Assembly (NCBI GenBank): GCA_964016885.1
Contig: OZ024743.1
Span: 270,940,001-271,004,000 of the forward strand
DNA: 64,000 nt
From: Eledone cirrhosa
Taxonomy: Eukaryota
Direction of reading: 5' to 3'
The notes under the pieces are model-generated. The model searched no databases. It worked only from the letters and a program-made list of their open reading frames with translations, and was not told the DNA's origin. A program made the translations under genes and the position numbers. This document shows positions 1-12,247 of this stretch, one piece after another (positions within the stretch are counted from its first letter, which is position 1; each line of letters opens with the position of its first letter).

Positions 1-1404
1 GAAATATGGCTCTCTCAAGAATCTGTCATTTGTGTATTGAAGAAATTTTTTATATACTCATCTGCCAAAATTCTATCAACCTAAAAAAAGAAATATTCAG
101 TTCCTGCAGAATTCGCCAAAAAATGACTTTCCGAAGTATTTATAATCTATAGTATATAATTCATTTATTCACATTCTATATGTCTTCACTATTCTTCTGT
201 CAATGTTTAGTTGTGATTTTTAAATTATTTTTCTTTTTATGTAATATATTTTTTTACAAATGATATTCTTTTCCAATTGATATTCTTCTTAGTTTTCTTA
301 ATTGATATCCTTTATATATTTTTTATATTTTTTAATTGATATTTCTTAATTCATATTTTGAAATATATCCTTTTTCGTGATAGTTTTCTAAAAACACTCA
401 TGAGGTCTCTAATAATATGTTCTTTCCTAATTGACTATATAGATAATATCTAAATACATATATAAAAGAAATTCTCATCTTTGAAAACATGTAATATAAA
501 ATACCTTATAATCATACATAAAATAATATATAAAATTTTCTCCACATACATTTTAAGTAAATTCTAAAATCTAACGTAAATAGTGTAACTAATAAACATT
601 GGAGTTATCTTTTCCTTTTTTTCCTTTTCCTTTATATTCTAGCACGCATAAAACATCCTCTCTTCTTAACAACATAAATACTAAAGTCTCTATAATTTTC
701 GTTAACTTAATGTTTTCTACTTGATTGAACTATTTGAAGGTACAAAAAAGTTCTTCTATAATAAAATTCGAACTACGTCTTTTTCTTAACTATATATTGA
801 AAATGTAAACACAATATCCTTCGTAACCCTTAAATTATATTTGAATTAATAACAGCATGTATAATCACCAATAATATTTATATTTTTATCTATTTATATA
901 AATATGTATATAATTGACTGGTTGTAATATAATAAGCTAAAGTGTACTTACAACCTTAATTCCTTAAAATATAATTATATACATTATATATATGATATTA
1001 TAACTCATGATTTGGTTATATATTTTAATTTTTTTGGATCAGTATTTTACCACTTCAACACATTTTTAATTTTTTATTTTTACATCTACTTGCACCCTAA
1101 TAATAATATTAGCCTATCTTTCTTCCTTTTTCTTCATCTTCTTCTTTTATAAAGTATCCTAATAATTATTTAAATTTACCTAGCGTCTAAATATAACGAT
1201 TTTTTCAGTCTACGCTTCTACTTCATTTGCATATCCATCCTAAATATTGGAAATTTTTCTCTTTTTCTTCCACTATCCAAATGGAACCTGAACCGTTAAG
1301 GTTTGGTTTATCGGGTATGTCACTATTTATAAAACAAATTTTGTATTTTATCTGATGAGAGCGTACCAAAGTTTTTTGATATAGTTTCCATTCATTAATA
1401 TCAT

Positions 1405-1406
<2 letters not shown>
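1..1406 (+). mobile_element. 3' end of a Penelope-like (Naiad-type) retroelement: GIY-YIG C-terminus, long AT-rich 3' region and pLTR end running into (TA)n
   Basis: Positions 3-152 translate NMALSRICHLCIEEIFYILICQNSINLKKEIFSSCRIRQKMTFRSIYNL*. This has the same CxLCxxE...N..E....(C/S)R layout as the C-terminus of the element at 12248-12622. Positions 1272-1400 are homologous to the hammerhead-bearing repeat at 18592-18780, with CTGATGA at 1352. Confidence 0.65.
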
Positions 1407-1489
<83 letters not shown>

Positions 1490-1493
<4 letters not shown>

Positions 1494-1743
1494 AAAAGAG
1501 TCAGGACCCCGACGGCTGAGCTCCGGCCGTTTCGACAGCTAGATCCGAACTGCTACATCTAGCTGTCGAAACGGCCGGAGCTCACCCGTCGGGGTCCTGA
1601 CTCTTTTCCTATTACCCACTCTACTACCCTAAGTATTGAATACTCTGGTGCGTTATATATTCAATACTTAGGGTAGTAGAGTGGGTAATAGGAAAAGAGT
1701 CAGGACCCCGACGGGTGAGCTCCGGCCGTTAAGACAGCTAGAT
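1490..1743. mobile_element. Double fold-back non-autonomous element carrying the 3' half of a hammerhead ribozyme, in (TA)n
   Basis: 1490-1554 is the reverse complement of 1557-1611, and 1657-1743 is the reverse complement of about 1556-1642. It contains GAAA-CGG..CCG-TC-GGGGTCC. Same family as 19267 and 19821. Confidence 0.75.
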
Positions 1744-2037
1744 ATATATATAGGTGTGTATGGGGGGGGGGTATTTATATTTCTAACCAGTCAAGTTCAC
1801 GCTATATGCAAATGAGCTTCTCCAGCCGATGTTTCATAAACAAAACCCATAAATCCTTTAGCGAATAAATAAATGTCATTGATGGCAGATTCAAATCTAG
1901 AACCAGTTGTCTGGCAGACTCACCGCTACAGAGATAACAGTGACATGATCACGGCTTTAAAAAAATGCATAGCAATGCACACTTTACATAAACATATCGT
2001 ATATGCTTTCATATATACCCCTATGAAATATATATAC

Positions 2038-2960
<923 letters not shown>

Positions 2961-3527
2961 CTCTCTCACTAACTATCTTATCCTCTGTGTCTATATTGAT
3001 TATAAGTGTAGTTGGTGCTCGATGATGCTGATCTGGTAAAAATAGATGTTGATAGATGAGAGAATCCACTGGATACTAAAGAAAAGTACATTTGGAAGCA
3101 GCTACATACATACAGTCATACACACATACAGTCATACACACATACATACATACATACATACATACATACATACATACATACATACATACATACATACATA
3201 CATACATACATACATACATACATACGTGATAACTGCCGCTTCTTTACAAAGACGGCCATCTCTTCAACAAATTCCCTGCTATTATGAACCACCACCAACT
3301 ACAGGCTGCTGGTTAGTTTAATAACTGAACAGGCTTTATTTAGGTCACCTTTTCTAGACCCTTCCCATGTGGTATGGGTGTGCATTGAGTCCCCAAAAGG
3401 AGATGCGCATTGAGTCCCCAAAAGGAGATGCGCAGACGGTCAAGAAACCGCTGAAGCATGTAAATATCTTCGTTATTAAGCTGGTATTTGGCAAATAACT
3501 TAACACAATTAGCAATGGAGACATCCA

Positions 3528-3660
3528 GTGTTCTTTGTGGAGGAGTTGGCTACCCGCAAGAGTGAGCCGCACGTGTCTGAATGGTTATTTCAACGCATTT
3601 CCCTTGCCATACTCCGGGGCAGCTTTTTTACTATTCCGTACGCTGGGGCCACGAGGCATC
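3528..3660 (+). mobile_element. Degenerate 3' end of a CRE-type (restriction-like endonuclease) non-LTR retrotransposon
   Basis: Translation FVEELATRKSEPHVSEWLFQRISLAILRGS resembles the terminal 'L.QRIS.AI.RGN' helix of CRE-clade elements. Homologous to 16760-16850 and 31990-32070. Confidence 0.55.
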
Positions 3661-3814
3661 CTGCACATACGAGAAATCAGAAAAGAAAATGGACTGGGGT
3701 TGCAAAAAAAAATTCTAAACCTCCATGCATTGCTGGAAAGATTCTCACTGGATTCTCCACAGCTCCGTCGTTACGGCGCTCTTGGTAGCTTCCACGTCAT
3801 AAAACGGGTCCTCA

Positions 3815-4362
3815 TGACTCGTCACCGGTGATGACTCTCTCCAGCATGTTTGGTTCGGTTTCAAGACGCTCGAGGATGTCCTGCCACCTACATGCGTCGC
3901 TCCTTCTGGTCATCGTTCAGCAATGTTGGCACCATCTTTGCACAGATCTTCCACATGGCCAAATCTTCGGTGATAATCTTCAAAACGCTGTCGTTGTTCA
4001 TGCCCAGCTCACTTGCGATTAGCTGAACAGTCAGCCGACGGTCTCCACGCACCACCTGCCTCTCGCTCAACGCTGGCCTCAGTCCTGCTCCTTGAAGGAC
4101 TTCCGCTACTGGGGTCTTCATCCACCTTTTGTGTCTCTTGAAAACCCGTGAGTGCAACATCGTTTCATCTCCGTTCGCTCGACGGCCTAAAATTGAGGAA
4201 CTGTTTACAAAAACACGAGAAAAAACATATGGCTGCAGAGAGCTGAGATCGCAGTTACATACTTTCCGGATATTAAGTCACATGATGATGCAACCCGCTT
4301 ATCCCTACCCCACTCATAGCTCACACAACACACTAAGTCCTGTTATTTTTCTGACACACCCC
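3815..4362 (-). mobile_element. Truncated, degenerate mariner transposon (5' TIR, HTH region, start of DDD domain)
   Basis: The - strand gives RRLTVQLIASELGMNNDSVLKIITEDLAMWKICAKMVPTLLNDDQKERR (WVPxxL-like motif), then ..PNMLERVITGDES in another frame. TIR-like GGGTGTGTCAGAAAAA at about 4345-4360. Confidence 0.8.
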
Positions 4363-4727
4363 ATACACTCCCACACACAAGAGATTACTCCCCGACACCC
4401 CCGGGCATCATCACTGGAGTAGCGATGTTGGCTGCTTTTCAGAGAAAAATGTATATTATATATTCACTGTAAAGTAGAATTCCTTAAATATTTAAAGTTC
4501 TTAAATAAAAGTAGGGTGGAAGGTTTTTAGATGAATATAAACACTTTTAAATAAATAGTTTTATATCGTAAAACTAGGATGGTTTGGTATCAAAATGGTG
4601 TATTAACATAGCATTTTGGATTATTTGGAAAAGAAAACAAATTCTTCGCATTTTCACCTGCTTCTCTCCCATGTATGAAAAAAAATGTTGATGCCTAATC
4701 GGTGGACCGCTATAGAAGAGAAATATT

Positions 4728-4926
4728 GGTTTCTGGTTTAGGCACAAAGCCAACAATTTGGGGGGAGGGGAAAGTCGATTAATTCGAACCCAGTGCATTA
4801 CTGGTACTTTATTTTATCGACCCCGTAAGGATGAAAGGCAAAGCTAACCTCAGCAGGATTTGAACTCAGATCGTAAAGGGGGGTAACACTATGTCATAAA
4901 GCATGTTGTCTGACGCTCTACCGATA
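4728..4926 (-). mobile_element. tRNA-derived SINE (dominant family in this window)
   Basis: B-box GAGTTCAAATCC followed by conserved central domain GAGGTTAGCTTTGCCTTTCATCCTTACGGGGTCGATAAAATAAAAGTACCAGT. About 15 copies in the window. Confidence 0.85.
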
Positions 4927-5269
4927 CTTAGAAGAGAAACTATTGAAATCAAATAAGGGAGTTGTGGTAAATAGAATGTCCGACAAATAATTCATGTTCT
5001 GTCCACCTGTTTCTAGCTCACCAATAAGAAATGCAAGGACACTCAAAGGTATCTGGTACGGGAAAGGTGACTACAGGAAAGTTTACATAGTACTGAAAGA
5101 CATACATATTTAATAAAGCGACTAGGCTGAAACTTCCACCTCGCTGCCACTTTTCTATTCAGAAAATAAAATGTACACTATACCTACACACATTGTGTAC
5201 TAATTCAGTTAAAGTTTGAATGTTTTAAGTTCTACAATATTTTAAACACCCATATATATATATATATAC

Positions 5270-5460
5270 ACTAGCATAATACCCGTCAAATTTGTGGGGA
5301 AGTTCAGTAAAAAATATTCAGTCTACACAATAACCCCTCAAATATAATCACAGTCCGTCCCACATCACAACCTTCAGATCCTGACAACTTTGTACTGACA
5401 CACACAATTTTTCTATCACTTTTAATGCTTATCTCCCCTTCTAAAACTCTTCAACACTGT
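5270..5460 (-). mobile_element. Possible Helitron-like non-autonomous element 3' end
   Basis: The - strand ends in hairpin CCCACAAATTTGACGGG followed by TATTATGCTAGT (subterminal hairpin plus CTAG). Confidence 0.4.
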
Positions 5461-5598
5461 AGCCCTGTTCTGAATTGTTCACATTTCAAGATGGCTGATT
5501 AACAACACGTTCTTTCTCTCCTATCCACTCTTTCCCTCGTTTTCTTTTTTTACTCATATCTATATTCTTCTTCTTTCTACTCTCTCTCTCCCAATATT

Positions 5599-5713
5599 TC
5601 TTCCGATGAAGGACGAGCGTCCAAACATTAAGTCTCTTTATTAACTATATCCAGCGTTAAACTAAAAGACTTTCATTGCATCGCATTGTTTTCTTTTGTT
5701 ATATTTTATGTTG

Positions 5714-5720
<7 letters not shown>
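5599..5720 (+). mobile_element. Decayed copy of the minimal-hammerhead pLTR family (see 38885)
   Basis: TCTT-CCGATGA-AGGACGAGCGTCC-AAACATTAAG, with core substitutions relative to 38885-38920. Confidence 0.55.
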
Positions 5721-5784
<64 letters not shown>

Positions 5785-5931
5785 AAAACCCGACAGAAAA
5801 GCGAAGCCGAAACCGTTTGGCGCCGCGGTCAGGATTTGACATATCTTTATACCCACATTACATCTCCCAATGTATCGATGTATCGAGTACTCATATGATT
5901 AGTGGTCTCAGCTCTGCAGACTCTCTCTCTC

Positions 5932-5966
<35 letters not shown>

Positions 5967-6047
5967 AAAACGTAAACAGAAATAACAAAACAAACGACAC
6001 AGTACAATAAATAAATATATACGTGTGTGAGAGAGAGTTTGTGTGTA

Positions 6048-6108
<61 letters not shown>

Positions 6109-7016
6109 AGTTTTCTATCTAAATTCCTACTTACGTACCTTTACTATCACTATATTAACGTTCAAACTTCTCCCAAATTCACCTCCACTTCAGCCAGCCA
6201 ACCATGCTTTTCTGTCTGTCTGCATACCTGTCTGCCTGTCTTCTTTGTTTGACCATCTGGCTGGCTCTGCTAGTCTATATGTCCAGTTGTCCGTACATTT
6301 ATCTAACTGATTATTTGCTTGAATTTATTTTTATTTATTTTTTCAATCTAGCGATCTGTCTTATATATTTCGTTACCTGCCTCGGAGAGAGAGGGGGGGG
6401 GGTGAGATAGATAGAGGGAGAAAGAGAGAGAAAGTGAGTGAGTGAGGGGGTGAGAGTGAGAGATGTGGAAGACTTTACAGAGATGAGACAGAGACAGAGA
6501 GAATCGAGTGAAAATATCGACAGAGAACGAGATATACTAGAGAAGGAGTGAGAAAAGGAGAGAGAGAGTGAGGAGGGAAAGAGAGACAGAGAGACAGAGA
6601 GACAGACAGACAGAGAGGGAATGAGAAGTGTACAAACGAAAAACGCCAAAATCACTCAACATTGGAGGAACGACTAGCGGTCAGTTAAACCACTACCGCT
6701 GGCTGTCTTTTCATATATAGCTATTCCCCTCTCTATAATACATTCCAGCATAACTAGAAAGAAAGAGAGAGAGAGAGGACAGTGGGGATGGAGATAGTGA
6801 GAGAGAATGAAGAGGAAAAGGAGGAGTAGGAGAAGGGAGAGAGAGAGGTAGAGTGGGGGAAGAAGGAAATTCTATCTAACCTCTTCGTTCTGGCTACCAA
6901 GGCAACGCTTATCGAACCAGGCAAATCGAATTCCAGCGCTTGCCAAAGTGCAAGAATTAGGAATTGGCATGGCAGCTAGCTATTTACGAATGCAAATGTA
7001 CAAGAATTTCTTACGG

Positions 7017-10000
7017 CTAATTACTACAAAGTCTAATACCGTGTTCCATTGGAATATTCCTCATTTTGGTCGTTTGTCTTTGTTTCATGGTACTCGTGGT
7101 GGTTGGTGTAGTGGTTGGGGTTGTAGTTGTGTTGGTTGGTGTAGTGGTAGTGGAGGTTGTTGTGGTCGTTGTTGTAGTACTAGTGGTGGTTGGTGTAGTG
7201 GTTGGGGTTGTAGTTGTGGTGGTTGGTGTAGTGGTAGTGGTGGTTGTTGTGGTCGTTGTTGTAGTACTAGTGGTGGTTGGTGTAGTGGTTGGGTTGTAGT
7301 TGTGTTGGTTGGTGTAGTGGTAGTGGTGGTTGTTGTGGTCTTTGTTGTAGTACTAGTGGTGGTTGGTGTAGTGGTTGGGGTTGTAGTTGTGTTGGTTGGT
7401 GTAGTGGTAGTGGTGGTTGTTGTGGTCGTTGTTGTAGTTCTAGTGGTGGCTGGTGTAGTGGTTGGGGTTGTAGTTGTGGTGGTTGGTGTAGTGGTAGTGG
7501 AGGTTGTTGTGGTCTTTGTTGTAGTACTAGTGGTGGTTGGTGTAGTGGTTGGGGTTGTTGTTGTGTTGGTTGGTGTAGTGGTGGTTGTTGTGGTCTTTGT
7601 TGTAGTACTAGTGGTGGCTGGTGTAGTGGTTGGGGTTGTAGTTGTGTTGGTTGGTGTAGTGGTAGTGGTGGTTGTTGTGGTCGTTGTTGTAGTACTAGTG
7701 GTGGCTGGTGTAGTGGTTGGGGTTGTTGTTGTGGTGGTAGTTGTAGTGGTAGTGGTGGTGGTTGTGGTCGTTGTTGTAGTACTAGTGGTGGCTGGTGTAG
7801 TGGTTGGGGTTGTAGTTGTGTTGGTCGGTGTAGTGGTAGTGGTGGCTGGTGTAGTGGTTGGGGTTGTAGTTGTGTTGGTTGGTGTAGTGGTAGTGGTGGT
7901 TGTTGTGGTCGTTGTTGTAGTACTAGTGGTGGCTGGTGTAGTGGTTGGGGTTGTAGTTGTGGTGGTTGGTGTAGTGGTAGTGGTGGTTGTTGTGGTCGTT
8001 GTTGTAGTACTAGTGGTGGCTGGTGTAGTGGTTGGGGTTGTAGTTGTGGTGGTTGGTGTAGTGGTAGTGGTGGTTGTTGTGGTCGTTGTTGTAGTACTAG
8101 TGGTGGCTGGTGTAGTGGTTGTAGTTGTGTTGGTTGGTGTAGTGGTGGTTGTTGTGGTCTTTGTTGTAGTACTAGTGGTGGCTGGTGTAGTGGTTGGGGT
8201 TGTAGTTGTGTTGGTTGGTGTAGTGGTAGTGGTGGTTGTTGTGGTCGTTGTTGTAGTACTAGTTGTGGTTGGTGTAGTAGTTGGGGTTGTAGTTGTGTTG
8301 GTTGGTGTAGTGGTAGTGGAGGTTGTTGTGGTCGTTGTTGTAGTACTAGTGGTGGCTGGTGTAGTGGTTGGGGTTGTAGTTGTGTTGGTTGGTGTAGTGG
8401 TAGTGGTGGTTATTGTGGTCTTTGTTGTAGTACTAGTGGTGGTTGGTGTAGTGGTTGGGGTTGTAGTTGTGGTGGTTGGTGTAGTGGTAGTGGTGGTTGT
8501 TGCGGTCGTTGTTGTAGTACTAGTTGTGGTTGGTGTAGTAGTTGGGGTTGTAGTTGTGGTGGTAGTTGTAGTGGTAGTGGTGGTGGTTGTGGTCGTTGTT
8601 GTAGTACTAGTGGTGGTTGTTGTGGTAGATAGTGTAGTACTAGTAGTGGTCGGGGTTGTAGTTGTTGTGGTAGTTGTGGTGGTAGTGGTGGTTGTTGTTG
8701 TGGTTGTTGTTTTGGTGGTTGTTGTGGTGGTTGGGGTTGTAGTTGTAGTTGGTGTGGTGGTTGGTGTAGTAGTAGTGGTGGATGTTTTGGTGGTTGGGGT
8801 TGTAGTTGTGGTGGTGGTTGTAGTACTAGTGGTGGTTGTTGTAGTGGGTGCTGTAGTACTGGTGGTGGTTGTTGTAGTACTAGTGGTGGTTGTTGTGGTG
8901 GTTGGTGTAGTAGTAGTGGTGGATGTTTTGGTGGTTGGGGTTGTAGTTGTGGTGGTGGTTGTAGTACTAGTGGTGGTTGTTGTAGTGGGTGCTGTAGTAC
9001 TGGTGGTGGTTGTTGTAGTACTAGTGGTGGTTGTTGTGCTGGTTGGTGTAGTAGTAGTGGTGGGTTGTTGTGGCGGTTGGTGTAGTAGTGGTGGTTGTTG
9101 TAGTACTGGAGGTGGTGGTTTTAGTGGTTGATGTAGTACTGGTGGTGGTTGTTGTAGTACTAATGGTGGGGATGTTGTGGTGGTTGTAGTACTAGTGGTG
9201 GTTGTTGTGGTGGTGGTTGTAGTACTAGTGGTGGTTGTTGTGGCGGTTGGGGTTGTAGTTGGTGTAGTACCAGTGGTGGTTGTTGAGATGGTTGTTGTAG
9301 TACTGATGGTGGTTGTTGTGGTGGTTGGTGTAGTAGTTGTTGTAGTACTAGTGGTGGTTGCTGTGGTGGTTGGGGTTGTAGTTTGTTTAGTACTAGTGGT
9401 GGTTGGGGTTGTAGTTGGTGTAGTACTGGTGGTGGTTGTTGTGGTGGTTGTTGTAGTACTAGTGGTGGTTGTGGTACTGCTGGTAGTTGTTGTGGTAGTT
9501 GTTGTTGTGGTGGCTGGTGTAGTATTGGTAGAGGTTGTGGTAGTAGTTGTAATGGCCATAATTGTATTGGCTATGGTTTTTATAGTGTTAGTGGTGTGTG
9601 TTGTAGTGGTGGTTGTGGTGGTTGCTGGGGTGATAGTCGTGGTGGTAGTTTTGGTGGTTGTTGTAGTGGTTGTTGTGGTAGTAGTTGTAGTTTTGGTGGT
9701 TGTTGTGATAGTAGTTGTAGTTTTGGTAGTTGTTGTAGTGGTTGTTGTTGTGGTAGTGGTAGTTGTAGTTTTGATGGTTGTTCTAGTGGTTGTTGTAATA
9801 GTAGTTTTAATTTGGGTGGTTGTTGTAGTGGTTGTTGTGGTAGTAGTTGTAGTTTTGGTGGTTGTTGTGATAGTAGTTGTAGTTTTGGTAGTTGTTGTAG
9901 TGGTTGTTGTTGTGGTAGTGGTAGTTGTAGTTTTGATGGTTGTTCTAGTGGTTGTTGTGATAGTAGTTTTAATTTGGGTGGTTGTTGTAGTGGTTGTTGT

Positions 10001-10730
10001 GGTGGTAGTTGTAGTTTTGGTGGTTGTTGTGGTGGTAGTTGTAGTTTTGGTGTTTGTTGTAGTGCTAGATGTAGTTGTGGCAATAGTCATGGGGTAGTTG
10101 TGATGATTGTTGTGGTGGTAGTTGTAGTAGTGGTAGTGGTAATTGTTGCTATAGTTACGGAGGTAATCGTAATGCCACTGGTTGTTGTAGTTGTGGTTGT
10201 AGTTGTGCTAGTGGTTGTTGTTGTAGTGGTGGTTGTAGTTGTGGTTGTAGTTGTGCTAGTGGTGATTGTTGTTATAATTGTGGTACTGGTTGTTGTAGTA
10301 CTAGTGGTCATGGTTGTATGTATAGTTGTAGTTGTAGTGGTTATTGTTATAGTTATGGTTGTACTAATTGTTGTTGTAATGGTGGATATAGTTGTGGCGG
10401 TTGTAGTGCTGGTGGTGGTGGTGGTGGTGGTGGTGGTGGTGGTGGTGGTGGTGGTGGTGGTGGTTGTAGTCGTGGTGGTAGTTGTAGTGCTAGTGATATT
10501 GGTTCTTGTGGTAGTCGTGGTGGTAGTTGTAGTGCTAGTGATGGTGGTAGTTGTAGTTAAGGTGGTAGTTGTAGTTATGGTGGTAGTTGTAGTTGTGGTA
10601 ATAGTTGTAGTTGTGGTGGTAGTTGTAGTTAAGGTGGTAGTTATAGTTGTGGTGGTAGTTGTAGTGCTAGTGGTGGTGGTAGTTGTTGTTATAGTTGTAG
10701 TACTAGTGGGAGTTGTAATGCTAGTAGTGG
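7017..10730 (-). CDS. Candidate large Thr/Pro/Ser-rich mucin-like exon (about 1230 codons; 87-bp/29-aa tandem repeats in the distal part), interrupted by 4 frameshifts
   Basis: Acceptor TTTATTCAACAG|CC at 10731/10730 (phase 1). ACN codons are nearly continuous for 3.7 kb. The 87-bp period is seen at AGTACT 7176 and 7263. Non-repetitive end [28 protein letters not shown] (TAG 7017-7019), with an alternative phase-1 donor G|GTATTA at 7040/7039. The frame changes near 10092, 9168, 9063 and 7291. Confidence 0.45.
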
Positions 10731-10740
10731 CTGTTGAATA

Positions 10741-10965
10741 AATAAATCAAGTATTTTCCATACAGAATTTTAAAAGTGTTAAAGATGGCATGCATTATGA
10801 TAAAGAAAAACGTAATGATAAGGTTAAATGTTGTTTAATGCCGAATGCAAATAATATAGTATAAATTATACAACATTTATTAACCTTATCATTACGTTTT
10901 TCTTTGCCATAATGCATGCCATCTTTAACACCTTTAACATTCTGTATGAAAAATGCTTGATTTAT
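10741..10965. repeat. About 95-bp inverted repeat (fold-back) at the start of a PLE-like remnant
   Basis: 10741-10834 pairs with about 10870-10965 (AAAGATGGCATGCATTATG / CATAATGCATGCCATCTTT). Confidence 0.8.
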
Positions 10966-11294
10966 TCATTTTATAACTCTTACCTCATGCATGCCTTTAT
11001 TAATTTTTTGCATTATAAACCCTTTTTTAATGCTATGATATCTTTTATCTATCTTCTGCGAGACCTTTTTGCTTGGTATCTCTTGCACCTGTATTACCTT
11101 ACAGAATATCTTTATATATAATATGCTCAATATTTCCCTCTTCACAATTGCTCCTTATACTGTGATATCTGTAACGTAACATCTTTTTGTCACTCCTGCT
11201 TATCAATATGATGTCACTGATTCTGTCAATAGTTATGTATCTTTATCAATATTCTGAGGACTAGGATTATAATTACTTGTTTAAACATTGTGTA

Positions 11295-11334
11295 TGCTCC
11301 GATGATTCCAGTCTGGGAGAAACAATTGTCAGCA
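11295..11334 (+). ncRNA. Minimal type I hammerhead ribozyme (core variant CCGAUGA)
   Basis: Stem I TGCT/AGCA, core CCGATGA, stem II TCC..GGA, GAAA, palindromic stem III ACAATTGT, GUC cleavage triplet. Confidence 0.6.
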
Positions 11335-11375
11335 ATTAAATGTATTAAACTAAAATTTGATTGTTTTATATTTTG

Positions 11376-11408
<33 letters not shown>

Positions 11409-11518
11409 TTCATTGTCTTTGTCTTATACATCACTATTTCAATATATATATATATATATATATAGTTAAAGAATGAAGATTAACATCGTTGGCTGTACAA
11501 TAAGGGCTTTATTTAAAG

Positions 11519-11619
11519 TACTGACAATTGTTTCGTTGATCATGTGGGTCTAGAGTTCGCTAATCGATTGATGGTGTATCTCCAATACATTATTCACCTA
11601 TGGTCAACACATCAGAGTA
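11519..11619 (-). ncRNA. Type I hammerhead ribozyme in left pLTR (CUGAUGU core)
   Basis: TACT-CTGATGT-GTTGA...TCAAC-GAAA-CAATTG-TC-AGTA on the - strand. Confidence 0.75.
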
Positions 11620-12247
11620 TGTAGATATGAAAATAATTCACTCGAGCCAAGACTTATATACAGAAATAGCGTATAATTAAAACAATAACATCAATAATAA
11701 AATAGCGTATAATATAAACAATAACATCAATAATAATACATGTATGGTAAATAGGTAGAGAAGTTACAGATGTAAAAAGTAAAAGTAGAATATAAGATAG
11801 GGTACATAAAAAAGCAAGAAAATGAGAGAATGGAAAATATAAAGAGGTAAATAAATAAATAAGTGAGATCTTGTAAGTACATAGTAGTAGTTTTTGAGTA
11901 AGTGTTCTTATAAGGATTCGTTGGTGGGAAACTAGATTCGAGATGTACATAGATACGTGTAGAGGGTCCGATAAAAGAGACAATAAATTAGAGATTAATT
12001 GTATGTATGATATTTATGGGCTAGGGATGACGGGACATTTGATAAACGCTTGTTGTAAATGTTTTGCTGATTATTCTATCTTAATGGGGTTGATGTTGTT
12101 TCGGGGAGGGAGGGTGAAAGAAATGTTCAGAGATTTATGATCCAGTGACCAGTTGGTCGTTTGATAGCTAATAGCAGTGCGATGGTGTGTATTCTATATG
12201 TTAAAATCTAGGTGGTTCAGTACTATTTTGGGGATTGTTGGTTCAAA

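Noticed and set aside
6948-10741. + strand poly-Val and Gly/Cys-rich ORFs (keratin-associated or metallothionein-like appearance)
   Set aside because: These are shadow frames of the Thr-codon tract. The splice and terminal signals favour the - strand.
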